Source of the DNA: Octopus sinensis
Taxonomy: Eukaryota
NCBI RefSeq assembly: GCF_006345805.1
Contig: NC_043000.1
Span: 132,866,001-132,930,000 of the forward strand
Reading direction: 5' to 3'
DNA: 64,000 nt
Position 1 is the stretch's first letter, and each line of letters starts with the position of its first letter. This document shows positions 26,191 through 39,230 of the stretch, piece after piece. A program made the position numbers and the translations under genes. The notes beneath the pieces are model-generated. The model made no database searches and had not been told where the DNA came from. It saw nothing but the letters and a program-made list of their open reading frames with translations.

Positions 26191-26339
26191 GTCTCCAATA
26201 TATATATTTACATTCTTTTATTTTTTACTTCTTTTTACCTGTTTCATTCAGTGGACTGTAACCAGTGTGGAGCAGCGAACTTATTCATAGATTCCAACCT
26301 TGATTCCATCCTACATTTGCTTTGATTATATATATATAT

Positions 26340-26640
26340 ATCACGTGACCGACCTGACCATCAGATGTTGTTACACATCGCTGGTCACAATGCGTTCGCA
26401 TTGTTTTAGCCTTCGAATGACGCCACCTCACTGGCTAAGCGAGCAGGCTAACAGAAGAAAGAGTGTGAGAAAGAGTGGTGAAAGAGTACAGCAGGGATCA
26501 CCACCCCCTGCCGGAGCCTCGTGGAGCTTTTTATGTGTTTTCGCTCAATAAACACTCACAACGGCCGGCCTGGGAATCGAAACCGCGATCCTACGACCGC
26601 GACTCCGCTGCCCTAACCACTGGGCCATTGCGCCTCCACA
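26340..26640 (-). mobile_element. tRNA-derived SINE family A
   Basis: Reverse complement of the 5081 head (GGAGGCGCAATGGCCCAGTGGTTAGGGCAGCGG). Confidence 0.8.
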
Positions 26641-27120
26641 TATATATATTTTAAAATTTAACCACTGGCATCATGTAAAAAGGCATTCATGCCAGCGCCA
26701 TATAAATAAAACAATTAAGTCAGCATTACGTATAAAGGCACTCATGCTGGTTCCACATAAAAAATTCACCAGAGCTGGTGTCATGTGAAAAAGTACCTAT
26801 GCTGGTACCATATAAAAAGCACCCAGCACACTCTGTAAGGTGACTGACATTAGGAAGGGCATCCAGCAGTAGAAACCATGCCAAAACAGAAGACTGGATC
26901 CTGGAGCAGCCCTCTGGGTTGCCAGCTCCTATCAATCCATCCAACCCATGCCAGCATGGAAAACAGATCTTAAATGATGTTGCTGCTGCTGTTGCTGTTG
27001 TTGTTGTTGTAGTTGTTAAGCAAGAAAACAGGTAAGGGTGATTAGGTGATGGTCTAGGGCTTAGGGGCGGGAGACCCCAGACCTTGGAAAAAAAAAAAAT
27101 TTTTTGTTGTCTTGTTGTAG

Positions 27121-27227
27121 TCGAGGGCTCTTCATTGACGCCCGACACCACTGGGAGGTGGCCCTCAAAGTCGCAGGAAATGGAGATCTCCAGGTCCAAA
27201 TTCCTGAACGGCTGCTGCTGCTTCTGA
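27121..27227 (+). CDS. Candidate terminal coding exon, (V)EGSSLTPDTTGRWPSKSQEMEISRSKFLNGCCCF*
   Basis: Acceptor ttttttgttgtcttgttgTAG| at 27120. The phase-1 frame has 28/34 codons ending in G/C, in an AT-rich background. Stop TGA at 27225-27227, AATAAA at 27381, then an AT-rich UTR-like tract. Confidence 0.55.
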
Positions 27228-27380
27228 TGATGATGATCTCAACAGTTACCCAGCTGAATTCAAGTGGAGACCCTTCTCCCTCAAAGAGCCAGAGTTTGAT
27301 GTATTGCAGCCTCAAAGGGCAGGGGAGTAAGAAAGGCATCTATGTCTGCTTACCACTACATCAGCCCCTAAAGCAGACTC

Positions 27381-27386
27381 AATAAA
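27381..27386 (+). promoter_or_regulatory. Candidate polyadenylation signal AATAAA
   Basis: Canonical hexamer about 150 nt downstream of the stop of the 27121 exon. Confidence 0.35.
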
Positions 27387-27886
27387 AGCAAGATTTATCT
27401 TCTCAAGCCATACTTGCTTGTAAGTGATGACTAGCTTTTGGACTTTGATCTTCACAGCTGCTTATAAAACATAAACTCAAACGAATCCTCTCGACACAGA
27501 TATAACTGGCTTAAACCCATACGAATCCAGCTACTACTCTCTTCTTTCTTTACTTTCTGAAATATTAGTTATTTTATTTATTTTTTTTTTAATGTTATAA
27601 ATATATATTTTTATTTTAAATTTTATGGACTTTGAAAATTATCATTCAATTGAACTAAGGGAAGCAACTCACCAACTCCAGAGCTAATTATCCTCCCTAC
27701 ACTATGTTGCACATGACAGGAAGCAAAGATTCCAAAATGGCTCCCAAAAGGTCTATATGTATGCGTTTTGGTTGTCTGATGATCATCATGAACATCTCTA
27801 TCAGAGACAATACATAACCACCCAGTGAAACTCTGAGTAATGGCATTACCAGTCCCGGAAACTCTCTCCCTCTCTATTATACATAT

Positions 27887-27918
<32 letters not shown>

Positions 27919-28866
27919 TGTCATCATCATCATCATTTAATGTCCACATTCCTTGCTAGCATGGGTTGGACAGTTTGATAGGATCCAGTGAACCACAATG
28001 CCACATCACGCCTGAATGTCAGCTTTGGCATGGTTTCTATGGTTGGATGCCCTTCCTAATGCCAACCACTTTACAGAGTGTAACAGGTGCCTTTTTTTTG
28101 TGTGCCACTGGCCCAGTTGAGGCTGGCAAGTAACTTGCAAGATTGAAAAAGAATAAGAAGGAATGGGGAAAGCTTCCACTACTAAATAGGGAGTATTTCA
28201 GAGACAAAGATTTCTTTACGCTGAATGATGAAAGCCTCAAGTAAGATAGAGTAAGGCTAAAGCATGGGTGTATTACTATAGGGGAGATACATTGCTACCC
28301 CCTATTATATGCACAGGTGGGAGTAGTTGGGAAAGAAATAACAGGAAGGTAGTGATAGCATACCAGAGAAAACTCTCAAGGAACAAGAAGGTGCACATAA
28401 GAGAATAAACGGTCAGTGGGTCATGAGAGGTGAGGAGAGAGTGGGTGTTTTCAAGGAGTATGAGGTAGGGGTTAGACAGTGAAAGATGGAGTGGAGGTGA
28501 ACATAGAGATGAAGAACAAGGATGTAGATGACAGTGAAACTCTGAGTAATGATTACCGCTATTGAGTCAAGTACATCAACATCAAAATAAAAAATCAAAC
28601 GGAAATTGTAGTTGTGATACCGTGCCGGCGGCACATAAAAAGCACCAATCGATCTTGGCCATTGCCAGCCTCCTCTGGCCTCTGTGCCGGTGGCATGTAA
28701 AAAGCACCCACTACACTCATGGAGTGGTTGGCATTAGGAAGGGCATCCAGCTGTAGAAACACTGCCAGATCAGACTTGACCCTGGTGCAGCCTCCTGGCT
28801 TCCCAGAACCCGATTGAACCGGCCAACCCATGCTAGCATGGAAAACAATGAGGATGATGATGATGA

Positions 28867-28897
<31 letters not shown>

Positions 28898-28941
28898 CGC
28901 ACACACACACACACACATACATTTACAAATATATTTATAAA

Positions 28942-29451
28942 CTAGCAGTATCGCCCGGCGTTGCTCGGGTTTGTAAGGGAAATAACTATATAAGCATTTT
29001 TAGAGAGTTACTTCCCTTATAAATTCGGGCTTTCTTAGCCATTTTTGTTTTGGTGTCTTCAAGCCATGAAGTCGTTGTTCTAAAAGAACGCTGGTTTCCT
29101 TCACAACGCATTACGACGTTGATTTCTTTACACTCCCTTCCCCACAGCTTCACGAGGGAGGGAAGGGGGAGAAGCAAACAGGTGCAGCTGTGAGCGTGGA
29201 CGCCAACTCCACCGCCATCGACATACGATGCATTTTATGCATTAAAATGGAATAAAAAATGATGTTAAATTATTTTTAAAATCATAGACTCATCGTTGAC
29301 GCGCGCTAATAGTCAGACGGGCTTGATATGAATCACGACTATAAGATACCCGAATTTGGTTAAACTGCACCGCAAAATGTGGGAGGAGTTAGGAATCTAA
29401 ATCGAAGGGGACAGACACTCACACAACTAGAGTTTTATATATATAGATAGA
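28942..29451 (-). mobile_element. Non-autonomous Helitron, copy 1 of tandem pair
   Basis: Minus strand begins A|TCTAT..ATATATAAAA and ends with hairpin CCCGAGCAACGCCGGG + CTAG|T. Confidence 0.8.
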
Positions 29452-29453
29452 TA

Positions 29454-29955
29454 CTAGCAGTATCGCCCGGCGTTGCTCGGGTTTGTAAGGGAAATAACTA
29501 TATAAGCATTTTTAGAGAGTTACTTCCCTTATAATTCGGGCTTTCTTAGCCATTTTTGTTTTGGTGTCTTCAAGCCATGAAGTCGTTGTTCTAAAAGAAC
29601 GCTGGTTTCCTTCACAACGCATTACGACGTTGATTTCTTTACACTCCCTCCCCACAGCTTCACGAGGGAGGGAAGGGGGAGAAGCAACAGGTGCAGCTGT
29701 GAGCGTGGACGCCAACTCCACCGCCATCGACATACGATGCATTTTATGCATAAAATGGAATAAAAAATGATGTTAAATTATTTTTAAAATCATAGACTCA
29801 TCGTTGACGCGCGCTAATAGTCAGACGGGCTTGATATGAATCACGACTATAAGATACCCGAATTTGGTTAAACTGCACCGCAAAATGTGGGAGGAGTTAG
29901 GAATCTAAATCGAAGGGGACAGACACTCACACAACAAGAGTTTTATATATATAGA
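29454..29955 (-). mobile_element. Non-autonomous Helitron, copy 2 of tandem pair
   Basis: Near-identical to 28942-29451, with the same termini. Confidence 0.8.
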
Positions 29956-30959
29956 TATGGCGTCACATAAAAAGTACCCAGAACATTTTGTAAAGTAGTT
30001 GGTGCTAAGAAGGGCATCTAGCTATAGAAAACATACCAAAACAGACAGCTGGAGCCTGGTGCAGTTCTCTGGTTTGCCAACTCCTGTTAAACTGTCCAAC
30101 CCATGCCTGCATGGAAAATGGACATTAAATGATGATGATGATGATGATGATGATGATATATATTCAAATAGGAGTTAAAATCAGTCAAAGGATATAAACA
30201 ATATCAAACACACATACAAAATGTATGTGCTTTGCTAGTTTGTGGGTAGGCTGTGCTTATAGGCATAGGGGAATACATTCCCTTCAATGTGCCTGGTGTT
30301 AAAACACCTGGAAGTCATAGACAAGCAAGATAACTCACATTAGATCCCATTCAGGAGTGATAGACATTGATGTTTCATCATTTTTGTGACTTGTCAATAC
30401 CATGTACCCACAATGAGGCCCAATGCAAGCTAAATTACTGGCAATGACTATATGCAAAATGATGTAAAAAAAAAAATATCTGCTAGTATGTCCTCACATT
30501 TCATACCATGGAAAAAAATCAAATATGAGTTAAAAACAGCTCAAGGGATATAAACAATATCAAGTACACACACACACATACACAAAGTATGTATTTTGCT
30601 AGTTTGTGGGTAAGCTGTGCTTATAGGAATAAGAGAATATAGTGTCTTATGCCTATAAACACAGCCTATCCATGAACTAGCAAAACACATACCTTGTGGA
30701 TGTGTGCTTGATATTGTGTGTATATATATATATATGTACACACAATAAAAAGCACCCACTACACTCTCGGAGTGGTTGGCGTTAGGAAGGGCATCCAGCA
30801 GTAGAAACTTTGCCAAATCAAGATTGGAGCCTGGTGCAGCCATCTGCTTTGCCAGCCCTCAGTCAAAATCGTCCAATCCATGCTAGCATGGAAAGTGGAC
30901 GTTAAACGATGATGATGATGATGATGATGATGATATATATATATATATATATATATCAT

Positions 30960-32950
30960 CATCCTCATTTAACGTCCATTGTCCATGCTGGCATGGGTTG
31001 GACAGTTTGACCAGGGCTGGCAAAGCAGATGGCTGCATTAGACACCAGTCTGATTTGGCATGGTTTCTACAGCTTGATGCCCTTCCTAACACCAACCACT
31101 CCAAGTGTGTAATGGGTGTTTTTATGTGCCACCGGCACATAACACTGGTATCTGCCACAACTGCAATTTTGCTCAGTTTGATGGGTCTTCTTCTCAAACA
31201 TGGTATAATGCCAAAGGTCTCGGTCATTGCCTCCAAGAGGCCCAACACTTGAAAGGAACTCAGACACTTTGACTCCGTGAGGTCCAATGCTTGAAAGGAA
31301 CTCAACTACTTTGCCTCTATTAGGCCCAATGCTCAAAAGGTTCTCTTTACACACCACTGGCACTGGTGCCAGTTACATGACACCAGTATCAGGCATGACT
31401 AGGATTTCACTTGACTTGACGGGTCTTCTCAAGCACAGCATATTGCCAAAGGTCTCAGCCACTAGCCATTGCCCCTGTGAGGCTCAAAGTTCAAAGATCA
31501 TGCTTCACCACCTCATTCTATGTCTTCCTAGGCCTACCTCTACCACAGATGCCCTCCACAGTTAGAGATTAGCACTTCTTTACACAGCTGTCCTTGTTCA
31601 TACACATCACATAACCATACCAATGCAGTCATCTCTCTTGCACACCATATCTGATGTCTCTTATGCCTAATTTTTCTCTGAAGATGCTTAAACTCAGTTG
31701 AACATGCACACTGACATTGCACATCCAGCAAAGCATACTGGCTTCATTTCTTTCAAGCTTACGCATGTCCTTGGTTATCACAGCCCATGTTACACTGCCA
31801 TGTAGCATAGCTGTTCACACACAGGTATCATACTATCTGCCCTTCACTGTGAGAGATAGGACATTTGTTACCAGTAGAGGTAGGATCTCTCTAAACTTTG
31901 CCCAGCCTAATCTTATTCTCACAGCTATACTCTCAGAGCATCCACCTTCACTACTAACTTGGTCACCCAGATAACAGAAGCTATCTACTACCTCTAGCTT
32001 TCCCTTCTGGAAGTTGATGGAATCTATTTTCCCTGTTAGCCTTCCTCTATTGTTGCTGCACCTTTAATGAGTCCAAAGCTTACACAAGATGCATCTTAAG
32101 AAGTTTCTACCTATGCTTTTTCTACAGATTGAGCAGGGCCATCTACCTGAAGGGATTTGTGATTTGACTACCTTCCTACTTACTAAGAATTTGGTTTTTG
32201 CTACGTTAACTCTAAGGTCTTTTGATTGTAGTCCTTGCTTCCATACCTGGAACTTCTCTAGTTCTGGTAGTGATTCATCTATAAGAGCAAGGTCATCAGC
32301 TCCAAGGGACAGCTTGTCTTAAATTCCTCTCTTATTGCCTGGAGGACTATGATGAACAAGAGGAGGCTTAGCACTGATCCTTGGTGAACCCCTACTTGTA
32401 CCCTGAAATCTTTACCATATTCACTGCCAACCCTCACCTTACAGGTAGCGTCCCTGTACAAGGCTTGCACAGCTCTCACCAACCACTTGTCTATCCCTAG
32501 TTTCTGCATTGACCACCAGATAAGGGGTAATAGGACCCTGTCAAAGGCTTTCTCCAAGTTAACAAAAACCAAGTACAGAGATTTATCTTTGGCTGGGTAT
32601 TTCTCCTGCAGCAGCTTTACCAGAAATATAACATCAGTTGTGCTTCTCCCAGGCACAAAATCAAACTGCATCTCATCTAGGCTAACTCTCTCGCTAATCA
32701 GTTGGGCTATGACTCTCTTTGTAACTTTCATCACCTGATCCAACAATTTGATACCTCTGTAATTATTTGTAAAGGCATCACCTTTACCTTTGTAGCAGTT
32801 GACTACAGTGCTGCTACATCAATCATTGGGTATGACTCCTCTGTGAACCACCTGCTTTACAATACGGGTAACTAGACCATAACCCACACTGCCAGATATT
32901 CTAAGTATCTCAGCAGTGATATCTGATGGGCCAATAGGTGGGGGGGTTCC
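30960..32950 (-). mobile_element. 5'-truncated RTE-clade LINE (RT domain to 3' tail)
   Basis: ORF 32279-32746: NYRGIKLLDQVMKV..QFDFVPGRSTTDVIF..VNLEKAFDRV..GVHQGSVLSLLLF. Downstream frames give LEVVDSFCYLGD and GRGRPRKT. The coding end (YAVLEKTRQVK*) runs into the (CAT)n-tailed repeat. Confidence 0.9.
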
Positions 32951-32974
32951 CTGTCATCATATCTCATATATTTA

Positions 32975-33271
32975 TCTTTATATATAAAACTGAAGTTGTG
33001 TGTGTGAGAGTCTGTCTCCTCTGATTTAGATTCCTAACTACTCCCACATTTTGCGGTGCTGTTTAACCAAAAGCGGGTATCTTATAGTCGTGATTCATAT
33101 CGAGCCCTTCTGGGTATTAGCGCGCATCTACGGTGAGTCTATGATTATAAAAAAATTTACCATCATTTTTTCGCATTTTTTGCTCGGTTTATATAAGGGA
33201 AGTAACCCTCTAAAAATGCTTATATAGTTATTTCCTTTACAAACCCGAGCAACACCGGACGATACTGCTAG
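32975..33271 (+). mobile_element. Internally deleted copy of the same Helitron family
   Basis: A|TCTTTATATATAAAA start and CCCGAGCAACACCGG..CTAG|T end. Both ends are shared with the 29-kb copies. Confidence 0.8.
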
Positions 33272-33302
<31 letters not shown>

Positions 33303-33479
33303 AACTACAACAAGGGAAAAGAAGATGCACCAGTGAGAGAAAACTAGAGAAACACCAGGTTGATGGACCAGTCATGAATGTTGCTGGCTGAATGATAGCA
33401 ACATGCAACAATGGATGTGATGAAATTTGTTTTGCTTTCAGAAAATGTATACAAGTGGTCCCTTCCTAATCACTCAATT

Positions 33480-34700
33480 GCAGGAGAAGTACTTTGCTAG
33501 GGATAAGTCCCTGTACTTAGCATTAGTCAACCTGGAGAAGGTCTGTGATGGAATCCCATGCTCTGTATTCTGACGGTTGCTAAAGAAACTAGTGACCAAT
33601 GAATGGCTTGTGCAAGCCATGAGCAGTGGTGTAATTTGCAAGGTGAGTTAGCAATGAGTTTAGCATACAGCTAGGGGTCTGCCAGGGCTCAATTTTCAGT
33701 ACCCTTCTGTTTATGAATCCCTTAGGCCATATCAAAGGAATTTAAGATTGGCTGTCTACAGAGTTTCCCATGTGATGATGATCTAGTTCTAACTAAATTT
33801 GAAGTAATTTTAGAGAAGAAATCCTAGTTATAGAAGCAAAACATGGGAAGAAGAGGCTCCAATGTAAACTCATCAAAGATTACAGTTTTAGGAAATAGAG
33901 GAAAAAAAATCCCTGTTACTATCAGGGAAAAGATGCTCTACGTACAGAAAAGGAGTGGGTCAAAATTCCATATAATGTACCAAGTATAAACTATAGACAC
34001 ACAAAAGCTGTGGTGGGTTCACAAGCAGGCTAAGAGAGAAGAAACGCACTTTATGGAAGATGATCATCTCTAGTAAGCACTAAGAGAGAGTATCCATGAA
34101 AAAAAAATCTTTTAAATGCCCAGGAAGGTCCTTGGAAGTAGTTGATAGATTTTGTTGTTTAGGTGACCTGTTTAGCTGTGGCAGAGGGGTTCTGAAAGAA
34201 GAGTGATCAGAGCGAGAACAAGTTGAAAAATGCTCAAGATGCTACTACTTCTGTTTGTAGCAAAGGGTTTCCTTTTCAGAGTAAAATGCAGATCATATAA
34301 GGATTATATTCAAACTGCAATGCTGCATGTTAGTGAGACATGGGCCTTAAATACTGAGAATTTGCGAAAACTAGAAAGAAATCAAGTGAGCATACTCAGC
34401 AGTAATGTTATTGTACATGAATGATGGAGCATATATGAACCACAAGAAAAACTAAATATAAGAAATCTGTGTTGGAGATATGATAATACTGGTATGTGCA
34501 CGTAATATTATGAAAAGATAATAGTTATATAAAGCCGTACGGGGCATTCACAGCACGGCAGATCAAACCTGTACAAGAGGTTCTAAGGCCAAGGGAAAAC
34601 ATGGAACAAAGTTGTGAAGACTACAACCTCAAGATGCAAAGCCTCACAAAGGAGATAACAGATAAGCGTGAAGACTGGTAACTTGTGATGCTGGTTAAAA
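33480..34700 (+). mobile_element. Highly degenerate RTE LINE RT fragment
   Basis: QEKYFARDKSLYLALVNLEK, GVCQGSIFSTLLF, DDDLVL, LEVVDRFCCLGD and TAMLHVSETWAL..LRKLERNQ are readable across frameshifts. Confidence 0.75.
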
Positions 34701-35889
34701 CCCACTCCATCGATGCAAATATTATGAAACAAATACTGAAATGGTAAGTGTATGTGTGCGCATGAATGTATGTATGTATTTGCATTTCACAGCTGTTATG
34801 AACCTGTTAAACCTCCATCAGCTATCTTCCTTGCCTCTTAGATACCGTCTCATCTCTTTAGCAGCCGTCTTTACCACTCATAACCTTTACTCCTATCATT
34901 CATCTCTATTGCTCATCTTATCAATTATGATCTCACTCTCTCTCCTAGCCATTGCCCTATGCCATCCATGTAACTAGTGGGCATTAAATCTGTCTGGCAC
35001 TCATTCACTCATCCTCTCTCTTATTCATGACACCATGCCAGCCACCCAAGTAAAAGAAGGTACTGGACCTGTTCATATTCTATCACCACCTCCTCCTACC
35101 AAGACACCTATGTATTAGTGATAGCATCAGATCTATTTATATCCTGTACACCTTACCATTACCCTTTTTTGCGCTGCCAGCCATCATTTCCTCTCTCCCA
35201 GGCCATCATTGTTGACATCTATTGATCTCTCTTGCTAATCCCATCTGTATAACCATCCATCTATATATCTCACTCACACTGGCAAGCATGTGACTACCAT
35301 TATTATCTCTCTTCCTATATTTTCCATTTTGATACTGTCACTCTTCAACCACTCATCTCTCTACCATCTCACTGTAATTATTTGTTTTCTCCCATCATCC
35401 CTTGCTCATCTCATCCACTCATCAGGTCCTTCTGTCATTGCTCTCTTTGCTCTTTTCTATTTTTCTATTCACTCTTTCTCAGGTACACCTTCTTGAAAGA
35501 ATGGGGTCACTGCAGGGTCACATTGACCTTTAGTCTTGTCAAGGACAAGACAACCTCACAAATGTCAGAACCATGATAGAATGCTCTGTAAAATTACTAA
35601 TGTTCGGAAGAACATCCAGCCACAGAAAACTTACCAAATTGGAGCACACAACAAAATGTGATCTCCAAACTCATCTGGAAGGACAATATCTTGAAATAAG
35701 AACTGAATCTGACCATAACAACTTGTTCAATTCATTCCAGTAGGAAAAACAAATGCAAAATGATAATGATGGTGGTGGTGATGTGGTGATGTGTGTATGT
35801 ATTTTTAATTACACCATTGAATTACTGTTGAAGTATATTACTCTGTTCAATCACCTTTTTCTATGTCCCTCCCCACTCACTCTCTGTAC

Positions 35890-35944
<55 letters not shown>

Positions 35945-37299
35945 GTTGAATATGAATATGGCATGTAAAAAGCACCCACTACACTCATGAAGTGGTTGGC
36001 ATTAGGAAGGGCATCCAGCTGTAGAAACACTGCCAGATCAGACTGGAGCCTGGTGCAGCTTCCAGGCTTCCCAAACCCGGTCAAACCGTCCAACCCATGC
36101 TAGCATGGAAAACGGACATTAAACGATGATGATGACACACACACATATATATAAATCCATACATCGATACACACACATATATACATCTACACACATTTAT
36201 AGACTGGGTTTCTGCATCTACCAAATTACACTCACAAGGTATTGGCTAATCCAACACTAAAAAGACACCTGCCAAAACTATGGCATAATGAGACCACATA
36301 GCACCACATGGCTGCAAAGTGAACTCTTTCACCAAATGGCTATTGGAATTATAAACTCAAAATATTTCTTATAGCAATAAACCTGCAAACTCCTGAACTT
36401 TCATCATGCTCGGGTGTATTTCCATTCAATGATTTATTAAAGTTAGTGTAAAGCTGAAGCTACTAAACAGAAGATATGGTACAGGCACAAGATTACATCT
36501 GGCAAATTTTACCAAAATAGATTTATTTAAAATGTCATACAGCAAGCATCCTTACCAAAAAGTTCAGTATGTGAAAGCATATTTGATATTTCAACAAATA
36601 AATTTCAATATATATGCTAAAAGTGTTATTATTATTGTTGAAGAATAATAAAATTGAGGTTATAACCCCAAAGACTTTTGTTGTTTTAGTGTGAATTTCT
36701 GAGATAAGAAATTAACATTATCATACACTGATATACCCTGGATAATGGAATAATGGGATAGTGAATATTAAGTGTCATGTTGTATGCTATATACTAAGTA
36801 AACATGAGTTCAATCTTAGCCTCAGTCAGACATTGTACATTCTGGTTCATGTAGAACAAGCTAAAACCATCACAAATTAGGAAAATATCTAATAAGAGAG
36901 TATCCCTAGTATGGACAAATGAATTGAGAACAACTTATTTCTGTAAAATTAATGATTTCAGTTTGAAATTCTAAGAGCATTTCCAAATAGGAAAGGCACT
37001 TGGGGAAAGACAAAGAATACAAGAACCAAAACACGGAGATTTTAGAAAACAGGATGAAATGGTTTAAAACTATCAGTATATCAAATTTGTTTGGTTAAAT
37101 TTTCAAAACTTTTATGTTTTAAGCAGAGGAAGAGAGCAACCAGTATGGTGTTAATGCAGGGTATCTGAGACAGGTAAGATGAGAGCAAAGATCCAGCTAT
37201 ATCATATGAATGCTTACAGCAGAATGGATGCTACAAAAATAAAATAAATAAATAAATAAAAATTAAAAATAAAACCTCAAGGGTCAGCTGGTAGTTTTA

Positions 37300-38720
37300 A
37301 GCAAGGAATCACTGATTTGAAATTAATACCAATAATAGCAGGTCTTAGATAACTCATTGAAGCTCTACTTAAAACATATAGAATTTTATTTGAGATGATC
37401 TAGATAATATTTAACCATTCACCTAAAACAACAAGGTGAAGTACAATTATGGAATCAGTGTGATTGGCTTGAAACATACCAATTTGAGTTAAGATAATAT
37501 ACTGAAAAAAATATATATTGTTGATGAACTGAAATTCATATTACAAAATAATTATCTCATATTCAACAACTCAGTGTACTGATGGATATCAGGGACTGCA
37601 AATGGGTACAACAGTTGCCCCAACTTATACCAACTTAGTGGTTGGTTACCATAAAAAGAAAATATATGATCGATCTCTAAAAATATTTGGGAACTCATTA
37701 TTATAATATTTAAAAGGCAACAGGAAAACATATAGATGACTGTTTCATTTTAAGGCAAGGTCATCTTGATATACTTATAGAATTTTAAAATTTTATTATC
37801 AGCATAAATCATATGAAATTAATCTACTATAAACTCACAAATTCAAAGCAATATCTTTTTTTTACATCTTGTTATAATAAAATTAAAAAAAAAACATTTC
37901 CTTCAACATTGCAAAAAGAATTTGCATGATAATATTGAATCCTAGAAAATGTGATCAAGGGCTGGATGAACTGAAAAACATACTTATTCAAAGAGTATTT
38001 TCACTTAGTCTAATTAAAAATAGAATACAAAGGGCAAAATACATAAATATTCAAAATCTAAGGAGAGTAAAAAAATAAAACTTAGACAAAATTTTTACAA
38101 GACCTATCAACATTCAACCCTAGTAATGTCAAAATATTTTACCATATTTATAAGAACTTGCCTATTTTATATGAATATTAAAAAAATGAAAAATGTTTTC
38201 AAAATTATCAAAAGCAAAAGGGTGCACAAAACATAAAAATATACCAACTTGAGCAAAATTTCATAAACAAATTTCTAACCAAACTGTTACAGAATGTGAA
38301 AGAATGAATTGTGCTACGCGCTTATATTTTACTGAAGGCTCAGAGTTCAAGTTTAAGAATGGAAAAAAAAAAAAACTCTTTAACATGAAGGAAAGTTTTA
38401 CCTGCAACTCTCAGAATTTAATAAGTGATAACATGTTGTTGATGTCTGGAAAACTACATTGGACAAACTGGGTGTCACTATGCAAAAGGATGATATCTTT
38501 TACTTTTCATCTTTTACTTGTTCAGCCATCAGACTGCAGCCATGCCGGCGAGATGCTTTGAAGAATTTTAGTGGATATGCAGCATCATGTGCAAGAATGA
38601 ATCTACTTAATTATAAAATAATATTTCTAATTTATAAATGCTCAGAGTTAACAGAAAGAAACAAAAAATTAACAAAAAAGAACTAATTATTAAAAAACCT
38701 AAACCTTACTTTGACATATG
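37300..38720 (+). mobile_element. Penelope-like element relic (RT + GIY-YIG endonuclease)
   Basis: Across frameshifts: KLIPIIAG; LKFILQNNYLIFNN..SGTA-MGTTVAPTYTNLVVGY; HIDDCFIL; NISFNIAKRICMI..LDELKNILIQR; FTCNSQNLI-VITCC*CLENYIGQTG. Confidence 0.8.
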
Positions 38721-38982
38721 ATTAAAGATTGCTGTGGATAACTTGCCTTGTTATAAGGAACACTTTTACACAAAAAGCAAGCATTGCAAACTAGTGCTTT
38801 CTTTAAAAACAACTTAAAAGAAGGAAACAACTCATTTTTCTTGAATAGTTCTAAGAGTACACAAAGTTAGTTTTAAATGTGAAACCGTTAATAAATATCT
38901 CTAAAAGGGATACAACAGTTATTTCAACAATGTTGTTCATTCCCATCTTCATTTTGTTTATATATATATATATATTGTAGAG

Positions 38983-39230
38983 TGGAGGCGCGTGGCTTAG
39001 TGGTTAGGGTGTTGAACTCATGATTGAAAGGTTGTGGTTTCGATTCCTGGACCAGGCGATGCGATGTGTTCTTGAGCAAAACACTGTTGCTCCAGTCCAC
39101 TCAGCTGGCAAAAATGAGTAACGCTGCCATGGACTGGCGTCCCGTCCAGCTGGGGAACACATACTCCATAGAAACCGGGAAACCGGGCCCATGAGCCTGG
39201 CTAGGCTTTAAAAGGGCAAATTTATTTTAT
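38983..39230 (+). mobile_element. tRNA-derived SINE family E
   Basis: GGAGGCGCGTGGCTTAGTGGTTAGGG head. TSD tatatattgtag. Confidence 0.8.

Noticed and set aside
26726-27385. 157-aa minus ORF and 93-aa plus ORF over the 27121 exon
   Set aside because: The minus ORF is mostly SINE. The 93-aa frame has lower GC3 (about 20/34) and no phase-2 donor partner, so it is kept only as an alternative.
34735-34750. ATG|GTAAGT donor
   Set aside because: Directly follows an RTE 3' fragment and has no supporting upstream exon.
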